Below, piece by piece: positions 24,500 to 36,845 of a stretch of DNA of 64,000 nucleotides (the first letter of the stretch is position 1; each line of letters opens with the position of its first letter). The translations under genes and the position numbers were made by a program. Location: positions 744,001-808,000 of the forward strand of contig JAIVFI010000007.1 of the NCBI GenBank assembly GCA_025558095.1. The letters are read 5' to 3'. Below the pieces are notes generated by a model. The model saw only the letters and a list, made by a program, of their open reading frames with translations. It did no database searches and had not been told where the DNA came from. Source of the DNA: Hyaloraphidium curvatum SAG 235-1 (lineage: Eukaryota > Fungi > Monoblepharomycota).

Positions 24500-25660
24500 C
24501 CTACACCAACAACATCACCGCGCTCGATCTCTCGACTGTAGCGCAAAGAGAAGACGCACCCCGATAGCAACCCAAGCCTCCGCAGAGCCTCACCGTCCCT
24601 GTCGACCGGCTTTGCCCTTTGCACGAGGTTTCGGTCCCCGATCCAGCTGCTCCGCGATCCACTCCAGCCTCCTCCGTCCTTCCAGCCCCTCCCACATGAT
24701 GTCCACCTCGCGAAAGGGGGCTTCCGAAAGAGCCCAGCCCCTGAGCTCCGCAGCCAAGGTCATTCGTTCCAGGGGGACAGGGCTTTGCTTCTCGTGTATG
24801 TGGTGCTACTCGTTCATGCGCCGGACGAGGCAGCTCGCTCTCGAGCTCCCAGTTATAGTCAAAAGGAGTGCGCAGAACGAGGTCGCCGCCCTTTGCTGCA
24901 CGGCGGCACGCACCCAGAATGACCCGTTCGGCGTCGGCAAACTGGTCCGGGCGCTGAAGATCAGGAAAGAGTACGATGGTGAACTTCGACACGCTGGGTG
25001 GAAACCCCAAACGCAGTTGCCGCACGATGTTTGAGGTGTGTCCAAACACAGTCAGCTCCGTGCAAGAACAACAGTTGACAATCTGATCCCACTGCTCGTC
25101 ACCGCCGTCATCAGCAGAATGCCAAACACACTGGGGTCGGAAGTCCGAGCGGGAAACGCAGCAGGTCACCAAGCGCGCCATGGATGATGTCTGTGAGCAG
25201 CTTCAGCTTGGATACGACACCGGGGGCGAGAGCCGATAGGTACGCAGTTTAGGATTGTCTGTCGCCGCCGTAGAGTTGAAATTTTATGCTCTTTAACGTG
25301 GGGCAACCCAGAGCGATTGACTCGCAGGCACATCGAATCAGTCCGTCCAGGTGGCCAGCAAAAGACGTATTGTTGAGGGCAGAAAAACAGGCTGGAACAG
25401 AGGCAGGTTCGGGTCCGTTGAAACCGGCGTTGTAGTCGTCAAAATAGATATCCTCCAGCTTGGGCCATTGCAACGACGCGAACAGATGAAAGGAGACTGT
25501 CGTAGACGCGTGGATCCTCCCTTGGGTAACGTGTGGTGCCATGGCCGATGCGAGGCCGGTATCCCACGGCCACGCTGCTTCGCCTCCCTTGTCCGAAACG
25601 AAGAGGGTGCGGCACAACCTGAACTTGTCCACCCGTGCTCTTTTGCATCGAGGTGGTGCT
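24500..25660 (-). pseudogene. Degenerate LRR-like family fragment with stops and frameshifts
   Basis: DKFRLCRTL, WPKLEDI, CPTLKSI and CSCTELTV resemble the LRR-family genes nearby; the frame is broken. Confidence 0.45.
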
Positions 25661-26190
25661 CAACGACCCTCGCAGCATGCGCCTGGAACGCGACGGCCTG
25701 GTTCGAGCCGACGGCGCCCGTTGCGTAGACTTTGCCGGCTTTGCCCTCGCGCTTGACGCCGAGGACTGCGCACGGGATCTGGAACTCGAGCGTGCGGACC
25801 TTGTTCCCGCCGTACAAGTTGGAGCTCATGTCCTCGCGCTTCATGTAGAAGGTGAAGCTCGCGGAAGTTCCATCTTTGAGCTGGATGGTGTGCTCGACGC
25901 GGTGCACGGGAGTGGGCGACACGTCGGCGAGCTTGACCCTGTTCCCGAGCGTCAGCTGGACTGTGATCCTTCATACTCGCGTTCCTTGCTCACCATGCAA
26001 TCTTTTCCTTGAGCGCCGGGAACGTGCGGAACAGCGCGCACTGCTTGGACTCGTCGTCGTCGGGGGCTTCGTCGGGCGGCACCGGCTGCACCGAGGCATA
26101 CAGCGCGCCAAAGGTACCCACGACCGTCGCGAGCCCCGCGGCAACGACGCCGAGGAGCACCAGAGGCACGGCAACCGCGAGCCGGGGCAT
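25660..26190 (-). pseudogene. 5' half of a PLP-dependent D-cysteine desulfhydrase / ACC deaminase family gene, with an N-terminal TM anchor
   Basis: After one intron: LFRTFPAL..IAWVKL..SPTPVH...KREDMSSNLYGGNKVRTLEF...GAVGSNQ. Similarity stops abruptly near 25660. Confidence 0.75.
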
Positions 26191-26295
26191 TGGCTGGATG
26201 ATGGTGCGATGCAGCTCGCCATCGCACAGCTCTCGATCGCGGCTCCTTAGACGTCTCGATCGTGCGCGTCCGTCGCCAGTCACGTCACGCCCGCC

Positions 26296-27564
26296 ATGAA
26301 GCGCGTCTGCATCGTGGGGGCCGGCGCCTCGGGCATCGCGGCCGCCCGCGTCCTCGCGGCCGACTTTTCCGTGCGCATCCTCGACCGCAACGCGGACTTT
26401 GGCGGGACGTGGATATACCGGCCCGCGCACGGGCCGGACCTCCAATCCGCCGGCTCCGCCGCCCCGGGCACGACCTGCAACGGCACCGAGCCGGGCGAGG
26501 AGGAGTTCGCGGACGGCGCGATGTACGACGGGCTGCGGACAAACATCCCCGCGAACGACCTCATGGTCTACAGGGACCTGCCGTTCCCCGAGGGCACCGC
26601 GGCCTTCCCGGAACACACGGTCGTGCTCGACTACCTGAGGAGCGCGGCCAAGGCATGGGGTTTGGAGGGCAAGGCGACCTTTGGCGTGTGGGTCGAGCGC
26701 GTCCGCAAGCGCGGCGACAAGTGGACCGTGGAGTGGCGGCCCGTCGGCGCCAAGGACGCCCCGCGGATGGCCGAGGAGTTCGATTTCGTCTGCGCGGCCA
26801 ACGGGCACTACTTTGTCCCGCACCTGCCGGCCATCCCGGGCCTCTTCGGCCCGTTCGCGGGGAGGGTGCTGCATTCCCGCGACTTCAGGGACCCGGGCGA
26901 GTTCCACGGGCAGAGCGTGCTCGTCGTCGGCGGCGGGTCTTCGGGCATCGACATTGCCAGGATCATCGCGGGCCGGGCGGCCAAGGTCGTGCTGTCGGCG
27001 CGCAGCCTCAAGGGGGCGGTGCCCGCGGGCGTCGAGCTGGTGCCCAAAATCGTCCGCTTCGGCCCGTCGGGCGTGGAGCTGGCCGGCGGCAGGACGCTGC
27101 CCCACCCGGACGCCGTTCTGCTCGCGACCGGGTACGATTACTCGTTCCCCTTCCTGTACCTCCCCGACCGCGACCCGCTGGGCCTTCCACCTCTCTACAT
27201 GAACCTCTTCCTCGCCGCGGACCCCACCCTCGCCTTCCTCGGCCTCCCGACAAAGGTCATCCCCTTCCCCCTCGCCGAGCACCAGGCCGAGCTCGTCCGC
27301 GCCGTCTGGACCGGCCGCGCCGTGGTTCCCGATCCCGAGGGATGCCTCCTTGCCGAGCGGGAATGGCTCGAGGTGCTGCGGAGCAGGGGGGTCGCGGTGT
27401 CGGACGACAAGGGGGACCGCAGGCGGATGGACCTCGACGGGGAGCTGCAGTGGATCCTGCAGGACCGGATGGCGGCGATGGCGGGGACGGAGCCGACGGA
27501 GGGGTTCAGGTGGGAGGTGAGGAGGACGTTTGCGGAGAGGAGGAGGCGTGAGCTCGGGTACTGA
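26296..27564 (+). CDS. Flavin-containing monooxygenase (FMO)
   Basis: GAGASG (FAD), FAGRVLHSRDF (FxGxxxHxxxF), GGGSSG (NADPH) and ATGY motifs. Confidence 0.93.
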   Translation: MKRVCIVGAGASGIAAARVLAADFSVRILDRNADFGGTWIYRPAHGPDLQSAGSAAPGTTCNGTEPGEEEFADGAMYDGLRTNIPANDLMVYRDLPFPEGTAAFPEHTVVLDYLRSAAKAWGLEGKATFGVWVERVRKRGDKWTVEWRPVGAKDAPRMAEEFDFVCAANGHYFVPHLPAIPGLFGPFAGRVLHSRDFRDPGEFHGQSVLVVGGGSSGIDIARIIAGRAAKVVLSARSLKGAVPAGVELVPKIVRFGPSGVELAGGRTLPHPDAVLLATGYDYSFPFLYLPDRDPLGLPPLYMNLFLAADPTLAFLGLPTKVIPFPLAEHQAELVRAVWTGRAVVPDPEGCLLAEREWLEVLRSRGVAVSDDKGDRRRMDLDGELQWILQDRMAAMAGTEPTEGFRWEVRRTFAERRRRELGY

Positions 27565-27642
27565 AGGCTGGATTGGTGTACCTCGACGACATCGGGACTT
27601 TCTTGCCCCAACCACCGGGTTCCGACACTTTTTGCGCACTGC

Positions 27643-28455
27643 TTACGTCGCCGGGCCCGTGGGTGAGCTCGCCCTGGGCTCCGGCTTGGGCTGCGCCTCG
27701 CCCCGCGCGAGGAACACCTGCTCGTAATCGGGCACCTCTGTCCCGAACAGCCTGTCCCAAAACCGGGTCATGAGCCCGAAATTGCCGTTCTTGCGGCTGT
27801 GGTGCAGGCTGTGGTACGTCGCCGTGTTCATCCACCGCAGCACGGGCACCCGGAGCAGCCAGCGCGGCAGGAACTCGTAGCCCAGGTGGGACATGACGTT
27901 GTTTGCCAGGCCGACGACCTGCATCAGGCCGAGGGCCGACATGGGGATCGGGAGCAGCAGCGCGGCGGGCAGGATCCAGATGCCGAGGATGAAGCTTTCG
28001 ACCGCGTGGAACGAGTACGAGGTGAACGGGTTCACGTCGACGCTCCTGTGGTGAACCGCGTGGACGTGCCGGAAGAGCTTCGGGTGATGCAGCAGCCGAT
28101 GCCAGCAATAGAACCATAGATCGTTGAACCCCATGATCGCGAGCGACCACGCGAGCGTGTTCCAGATGGGCACCTTGCCGTCGACGATCCGCGTGCGCCC
28201 CCGCGCGTGCAGCGCGATGACGGTGCCCGCGCTCGACGTGCCGACGGCCATGGTTACCATCGTGTGGGCGATTTCGCGCCGCAGCTGCGCGCCGTCGAGG
28301 CGGCCGGGGTTCGGGATGCGCGCGCCGAGGAAGCGCTCCCGTCCCCAGCGCCATACGAGCTGGTAGAGCCCGCCGACGACGGCAAAGTACCCGGCGGCCT
28401 GGGTGACGAAGCTCTGCGCGAGGAGCACCGGGATGGACACGTCGCGGTCGGCCAT
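27643..28455 (-). CDS. Sterol desaturase family protein, intronless, bacterial-type
   Basis: HRLLH, HAVHH, SHLGYE, HSLHH and GNFGL..FWDRLFGT motifs. Confidence 0.9.
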   Translation of the reverse strand: MADRDVSIPVLLAQSFVTQAAGYFAVVGGLYQLVWRWGRERFLGARIPNPGRLDGAQLRREIAHTMVTMAVGTSSAGTVIALHARGRTRIVDGKVPIWNTLAWSLAIMGFNDLWFYCWHRLLHHPKLFRHVHAVHHRSVDVNPFTSYSFHAVESFILGIWILPAALLLPIPMSALGLMQVVGLANNVMSHLGYEFLPRWLLRVPVLRWMNTATYHSLHHSRKNGNFGLMTRFWDRLFGTEVPDYEQVFLARGEAQPKPEPRASSPTGPAT

Positions 28456-29061
28456 CGGGCCTTTGACGAGTGTGCGAGTGGGACTCCGGAATCGGCAGCA
28501 AGCCCGTGGGACGCCGGAACGCCGGGGGAAACCGGGACCAAAGGTGGACAATTCGACCCCCCGGATGCCCCGTTTTTGATTGGTTATTCCTGTTTCTGCC
28601 CCTACGATCGGTCTCTCGCGTCACATTCCTACCATCTCCAACGTCCCAATCCCGCCTCCGGGTCCGGATTGCCCGCCATTTGAGTCAAGATGCGTGGAGC
28701 CGAAGGGTTCGAACGATCGGCCACCAGCCGCCAGGCCTTCGGGACAAAAGCAGCCGCCCTGCCACTCCCGTTTTCCAGCAACAACACCTCTCATCACCCG
28801 CGCTTCTTCCCGGCCTCCCTCCCTCCGCCTTCTCTCGTGAGTTGCGGCGCTCATGCGGGCGCGAGCGCGCAGAGCACCGGCTGACGGGCCGACCTCCGCC
28901 TTCTCCCACCGCAACCCCGGCCGCCCCCCATCCGCTCCCTCGCACCTCGCCGCCCGCGCCCCACCTTCGCACCCCCTTCCTACCATTCCCCTCGGACGCC
29001 CGCGCCTCCCTGCGCCTCCCGCCGCCCGCCCTCGCCGCCGCCGGCACCTCCCAGCCGCACC

Positions 29062-29357
29062 ATGTCCGCCATCACCCGCAAGCTCGCCAAGGACTGGCAG
29101 CTCGTCCCCCTCGCCGCCTGCATCGTCGGCAGCGCCGCCCTGGTCGCCTTCAAGGGCTACGACAAGATCTTGTGCGTCCCCTGCCCGCCGGGCCCCGCGA
29201 GCCGCACGCTGATCCCCGCCCCCCTCGCAGCAACGACGTGAACATCAACCTGTCGACGAAGACCGCCGACGTCGGCGACTGGGAGCTGCGCGCGGCGCTC
29301 AACGACGAGAAGGCCAAGAACAAGATCCGCAACCAGTCGATCTTCTCGCAGCGCTAA
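29062..29357 (+). CDS. Small single-TM mitochondrial protein, NDUFA4/MLRQ-like
   Basis: Removing intron 29172-29230 gives MSAITRKLAKDWQLVPLAACIVGSAALVAFKGYDKIFNDVNIN...SQR*, with the LxPL + TM + DV pattern and strongly biased codon usage. Not in the ORF track. Confidence 0.6.
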
Positions 29358-29516
29358 AGGGCGATGCCTTGCGCGGACACTTCACCGGCGGGTCCGGTTC
29401 GGCTCCTGGGACCGGGATTCCGGGTTGCGGAGTGCATGTGGTGTTGTTGACCAGCATGTATTGATGTATCTGCAGAGGGGAGAGTAGATTCTTGTCTCTT
29501 TCAAACCATCGCCCTC

Positions 29517-30854
<1,338 letters not shown>

Positions 30855-31064
30855 CGTGCCGACGGGTTGCAGGAGACGCTCTGATACGTCTGCGTTGCTG
30901 TTTGTAAACAGCTCGTCGGAGGTGCGGGGCAAAGAGGCGCAGCGGTCGTCACTGGCCACTGGCCTTGCGAGAGAGTTCGGACCGCTATTGGCAGCGAATG
31001 ATACCCATTCGAGCGCAAACCAGGGTTACCTCAGTGCACTTTGCCCAGAGGCACATGGTGCAGC

Positions 31065-32138
31065 TCATCGCGGGAGGCTTCCCCGCCGTCCGAAGCGAGC
31101 GTGGAGCAGATTCCGCACCTCGTCCCTCGCGCACGCTCGAAGCTCGCACATATCCTCCTCCGTCATGCACTTCCAGGATTCCGCGTCGGCCGCAGCAGCC
31201 TCCTCCATCACTTCGTCCACGAGCAGAGAGAACAGGTCCCTCGCCCACGATCGCCGATCTCCCTCCGGCCTCGGTCCGACCTTGGACAGCGCGGCATCGA
31301 GGCGCTGATCCGTCGCGAGGCAGTATACTTCCCATTTCATTCTGCTCAGCGGCCCCGTGTCGCCGCGATCGCCGCCTGACGGCTGCTCGTCGTCGTCCTG
31401 CTTCACCGCTCCGTGGAATCTCCGGTCCTCCTCGAACCCTGCGGCCTTCCTCTTCACCAGCGGACGCATGCCCGACCCCAGAAGCTCCGTCATCGGCCTC
31501 ACCACCACCCCCTCGGCGGGATTGCTCCCCTCCGGCAGGAGCGGCAGCCCGAAAAGCGCAGGGACCCGCGAATTGAAGCCCAGCGGGAGGTCTATGGCCC
31601 CCTGGAAGCTCCCCCGGTACAGCAGTGGGACGCAGGGGATACCCGAGTCCAGGAAAGCCCTCCTCGAGGCGGCGAAGTCGACGAACTCCCGGCCCCCGGG
31701 TCCGTCGACGGCCGCGTCGAATGCGACGAAGCAGACCTCGGGATGATACCAGACGCCAGTCTGCACGGGGACCATCCCCGGCACCGACTGGACGTCCGGA
31801 TGAGGGTAGTTCCCGCCAAAGATCTCGCCGAATATGAGAACGGTTTCGTCGGACCGCCCGTCGCGGCCAGCGAGGATGCGAGGGGCCGCGGCCCGCAGGG
31901 AGTCCGAAAGCAGCTCGCGGACGGCCTTCCAGCCGAAGAATCCGTCCTTTTCGGAAAGCTGCCGGTGCCTGCTTGCGGCGCCGATGCCTTTTTGCGAGAC
32001 GGTGAAGCACAGATTGGCCCCGTGGACCTTTTCGGTCGCGGCCCACTCGAGCCTGTCGAGTCGGCGCATGTCGGCAGGAGAAAGTTTCCACGAGGAAGAT
32101 GAGGAGGGAATCTTGTGGTAGCCTTCGAAGGCCGCCAT
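31065..32138 (-). CDS. Rnl2-family ATP-dependent RNA ligase, intronless
   Basis: Motif I EKVHGAN, Ia SR, III GEIFGG, IIIa FVAFD, IV EGVVVR, V KRK, and the C-domain RLDAALSKVG (T4 Rnl2/REL-type RxxxVxSKIG). Confidence 0.9.
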   Translation of the reverse strand: MAAFEGYHKIPSSSSSWKLSPADMRRLDRLEWAATEKVHGANLCFTVSQKGIGAASRHRQLSEKDGFFGWKAVRELLSDSLRAAAPRILAGRDGRSDETVLIFGEIFGGNYPHPDVQSVPGMVPVQTGVWYHPEVCFVAFDAAVDGPGGREFVDFAASRRAFLDSGIPCVPLLYRGSFQGAIDLPLGFNSRVPALFGLPLLPEGSNPAEGVVVRPMTELLGSGMRPLVKRKAAGFEEDRRFHGAVKQDDDEQPSGGDRGDTGPLSRMKWEVYCLATDQRLDAALSKVGPRPEGDRRSWARDLFSLLVDEVMEEAAAADAESWKCMTEEDMCELRACARDEVRNLLHARFGRRGSLPR

Positions 32139-32287
32139 TCGTCGGCGAGTGTGGTTTGATTCGGGGACGACTGTGCCACTGATCCGTGAGGCTGAGCTCG
32201 GACCTTCCCATCATCGACGATCGCGAAGCAAATGCGCCGCAATGCCTTCGATTCAATAGTTACGTTGCAAATGACATTCGCTGCTCG

Positions 32288-34291
32288 CTAGCCCGTGACG
32301 GTTCGCGTCACGGTCTGCACGACCGTCCTGGTCGCCTTGGACGTGATCGTCTTCCTCACAGTGATCCTGCTCACCACCGTCGTCGTCCGGCGCAGCGTGG
32401 TCCTGCTGACGACCGTCGTGCGCACGACGCTGGTCTTGGTCGCAGTCTTGGTGCACTTGCTGACCGTCGTTGCGCACTGGGAGCGCGTCGACGTGCGGAA
32501 GAGCGTGCGAGTCACGGATTTCGTGCACTTCGAAACCGTGGTGGTGCGCGTGAGGTCGCGAGGCGCAGGGTTTAAGTGCAGGCAGAGGGAGAAGATCCTT
32601 CCGGGGTAGGTGTTTTCCATGTAGTTCGTGCCGGTGTCGTTCACAACAAGGATCCACGGACCGTCGGCGTCGACGCCCCGCATCAAAGTCAAGGGTTGGT
32701 AAGGCCTGAGAGAGTTGATGATATACGGGTCTCTGTTGCCACTGCAGTCCATCGACGATGCGGATGCGTGGTCGTCGAGCATCAGAGGGGGTGCGTTGAG
32801 GAAAGTGCTAGGAAGGCACTGGGCTCGCCGCAGCAACGTGACCGACTGCTGGCCGCGCGGCGCCTGAAGCTCGACCACGAGTTCGTAGGGGTAGACGTGG
32901 TAATAGCGAAGCTCAACCACGACATCCCAAATGCGGCCGACTGAGGAAACGTCCAGCTGCAGGGAGGCGACGCCCAAGGTGGGCACGTAAAGCCCACTTT
33001 GCAGTTGATAGGACTTGCAGAGGCGCCGCATGCCGGTCGCTGCCGTCGCAGTCACCTGGAAATGTATCGAGCAACGTCAGCAGGGTCGGCAGAGATACGC
33101 CCATCAACGCGCCTGAGTTATCGTCGTTGGAGTGGTTGTCGTTCGTGTTCCCCTCGTGGTCGTGGTTGTTCGCGTAAGTGCCCCCTCAAACAAAGGCAGC
33201 CTGGCTGTAATCCAGTCCGAATAGTAGGAGATGCGCCAGAAGGTAGATTCCGTGGACGTGACGGAGCCGCAGGGTCCGTAGTACGCCCCAAGCCCAACAA
33301 GGAGCCAAGAACCGGCACCGTTTCCCACCACGAGGGCGCTGCCTTCATCGTTGCATAGTCCCTTGTAAGGATCCTTGGTGATGATTCTCTCCTGAATCTT
33401 TTGCTGGACAGTGAGGTTGACCATCATTGGGCTCTGATGGCATTCGCATATCAGCGGCAAAGCGTCCAGAAAAGCAAAACTTCAACTCACGGAGGAATAC
33501 AGACCGTCATTGCCGCGCCCAAATCCTGCAGCCGTTGCGACTGCATTGATGGGCAAAACCGAAGTGTCGCCCGCAACGAAGGTAACCGGCTGAAGAGGAC
33601 CCGTGCCGACCAAGAGAGGCTCGCTCAAGCCGACGAGTGCGATTGTGGCGTATTCTGAATACTCCACGAACGTCGTGTTGAACACGTAGGCACCTTCGGC
33701 CGAGGGCAATAGCGTAAGGTCATAGCGTCCGACTTCGATTGTCGTCGGATTCTGCAGAACCCGGCGAGCGCATTCGCCTCAGATGCAAATAGATTAGCGC
33801 AGCTTCACAGGAAGTGCCGTTCGCAATGCTTACCAGAAGTCACGACGACGCGAGGTCCAACGAGGGATCCCGAGCAGTTGTCGTTGCTACCGTAACCATA
33901 CGGACCACGACCAGCGAAAACCAAACTGCCCGAAATTGCCGTCAGTGGGCTTGTTCCGCGTGTCGCCAACCGGAATGGGGGCTCACCGAGCCAGAAAGGG
34001 GAACGATGCGGCCGACGGAACCGGCTCCCCGCCGACGATCGAAGGCGGCTGCCCCGCGGGGCCGCCCGCGACGCCGGCATCTCCAGCTTGAGCGTCCGTC
34101 TCAGGCGCAAGCGGCTCGGAGCGCTTTCCGAGCCCTTCGTAGGCGGGGTCCGCGAGCGCGGCAGGCAGACCGCAGGCGAGGCCGGCGACGAAGGCGACGG
34201 CCGCCAGACGGCGCACCCGCGCGGCGCGGCACCGGGGGCATGCCGGAGGTACGGCGCAGGATGGCGCAGATGGGAGGTTGCGTTTTTGCAT
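32288..34291 (-). CDS. Secreted trypsin-like pseudo-protease + proprotein-convertase P-domain + Thr-rich tail, multi-exon; start uncertain
   Basis: Trypsin fold: IVGGEP, CSGSLVGPRVVVT, AAGFG and RISYYSDWI. P-domain: HVYPYELVVELQAPRG...GVDADGPWILVVND. Confidence 0.72.
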
Positions 34292-34453
34292 GTATTCGTG
34301 AGTGGGAGGGTGAATGTGAAGTGTTGTGATTCACGGCGTGTCAGGGTCGGGGCTGTGTGGCGAAGTCGACCCCCAGATGACGTCGTCTCCCAGAGTCACA
34401 AATCCATTGGAGCTTGCCGACAGCGTGCAATGAAACAAAGCCTAGATGCAGCC

Positions 34454-36210
34454 CTAAGGCTTGTAGTGGATCCCGCCCTGCACAGACGCCTCCCTCCTCC
34501 ACGCCTCGTCCACGCCCCACCCGAGCCCCTCCACCACCTTCCTCGCCTCCCTCATCCCCGTGTTGAACGCGCCGTGCACCGAGCACCACTCCTCCGCCGA
34601 CGTGTGCTCCCCCGCAAAGTACACCTTCCCGTCCAGCGGCTCCGCCAGCGCGTCCTTGAGCCGCAGCATCCCCAACGGGCCGCCGGTGCCGACGGGCGCG
34701 TGCGAGTACGAGCCGTACGAGAAGGGATCCGAGTCCCACCATCCCGTCGTGCTGTGCTCGCACTTTGGCGGGGAATCGAGGGAGAACATCAGCGCGAGCT
34801 GCCGGCACAGCAGGTCCACGACGGCCTCCTCGCCGGCGCGCTCGAACAGCGCAGCGGTCTTGCGGTAGTGGAAGCAGACGAGCACGGGCACGTCGCGGTC
34901 GGGGTGCATGGCCTGGAGGTTGAGGAAGACGAGGACGTGCAGCTGGTTGGGCACGACGGGGGATGAGGCGGGGATCGGGCCCGGCTCGGGAAGGGAGGCG
35001 CCCTCGGCGACAGGGGGGAGGGCCGCGACGAACCAGTCCATGTCCTTGGGCCCTGCAAACGGCCGTCAGAGCAAAGTGGCGGGGTCCGGAGGCGCCGGAA
35101 CCCACAGAAGCACTTTTCGAACCTCATGTAGACCTTGTCCAGCGTGCCCATCCGGAACTTGCCCAGCGCCTCGACCTTTGCCGGCGGCAGCGGCGGCACA
35201 AACATGCCATCTTGGTGCCTCTGCATCACCCCGAGCGGGAACGTGACCACGGCCACCTCGCCCTCGTAGGTGCCCTTGTCCGTCGTCACCTTGACCGTGT
35301 CACCCCCGTGTTCGATCTTGCGCACCGGCTCGCCGAGCCGGATCGACGTGCCGACCTCGAGCCCGCCCAGCCGGACCAGGTTCTCGTAGACGGAGCGGTA
35401 CCCGTCGACGAGGTACCAGTCGGGCGACTTGGACTCGTAGGTCGGGTTCCAGTCGGCGTCGCCGCCCGAGAGGATCTCGGGGTCGGCCGCGATGGCGTTG
35501 GCGAGGACTGGCGAGGGAGAGGGAGGATCAGTGGCCCGTGTCGGGGTCCCCCGGGTCTGGAAGCCCACGTTCAGGTACGACGCTGAGCATCTCCATCTCG
35601 CGCTCGTCCCTGATCCCCGCCGCCTCCTTCATCGCCCCCATCTGCGCGTCCCATAGCTGCTTCCGCGTCACATCCAGATCCCTCCCGTCTCCGTCCCCCC
35701 CCTTGCCCCCGTCCCGCTTGATCCTCCTGCTCTTGGCCACCAGCTCCTTGTACGGCAGGTACGCCGCGTCCCACAGCTCCCCGCTCCGGTCCTCGGGCAG
35801 CCACCCGCCCCGCGGGTGCCACATGACGGCCCGCTCGGTCTCGTGCGTGCGGCCCTGGTACAGCCGCCGCACGACGAACTCGGGGTTGTTGACCCCGTGG
35901 ATCCAGGAGCCGCCGAGGTCGATGGGGATCGTGGTGCCGTCGGCCAGGGGGAAGTCGGCGGTGTGCGTGCGGCCGCCGATGCGGTCGCGCGCCTCGAGGA
36001 CGGTCACGCGGAGGCCGGCGCGGGCGAGCTGCGAGGCTGTCTCCCAACAAGGTCGGGACATCGGCATGTTCAGCATGGAGGAGCATAGGGCGGAGGAGGG
36101 TCAGGAAGGCCCGCCAAAGGGGGGAACTGTCGCCCACCGCACGCGAGCCCAGACATCCCGGCGCCGAGCACCAGCACCCTCGGCGGGTCGGCGGTGTCCA
36201 TGCTTCCCAT
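34454..36210 (-). CDS. Flavin-containing amine oxidase (polyamine oxidase-like), multi-exon
   Basis: GAGMSGLA..LEARDRIGGR, DLGGSWIHG, VTFPLGVM, WDSDPFSYGSYS and YFAGEHT...VHGAFNTG motifs. Confidence 0.92.
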
Positions 36211-36845
36211 GGTTGGCCGGCTCGGTCTTTTTCGAGGCGCCGCCCGAACACGATGGGCACGCGGAACGCGAGATTCGGCGCCGATCCGCTCCGCGGCGGT
36301 GTTGCGTCCCGCGCGCCTGCCAAAGCCCCGACACCAATCATCCCGCGTAGCTATGCAGAAGCACATTGTTCGAACGTCCATCTACCTTAATGAAGCTTCT
36401 GGTGCCCTATCGTGTGCCCTATCGTGCTGCGTCTTGCCGGCAACATGCTCGCAACCCGTGGCAGCGGATTCCCCTCACGCGGATCCTCGGGAATCGGGTC
36501 TCAAAGTCCCCGTGAGTGCGAGCAGAACTTTCTCTGAAGCTGTACGACAAAGATTTGGCTCGATTGGCGATGTACCCGTTAGCCTGTTCCGGGATGCGGT
36601 CCCATTTGCCCCACTACAAGCGCTCGCCGACCGTTCTGCGCTACGAGACCAGCGGTTCGTGTCGATCCGGCATTGCTGATTTCATTTATTTCGGTTGCTC
36701 CCGTCCCGATGGGCGGGCCGAACGTGCATTTGACGTGCGTTGATTATGGGTCTGGCGTCGTGGATCCCAAGGATTCCAGACCCATCTGACGACGCTGCTG
36801 CGCCCCACCGACATTTCCCCCCATCCAAGGCCGCGGCTCACCGCG

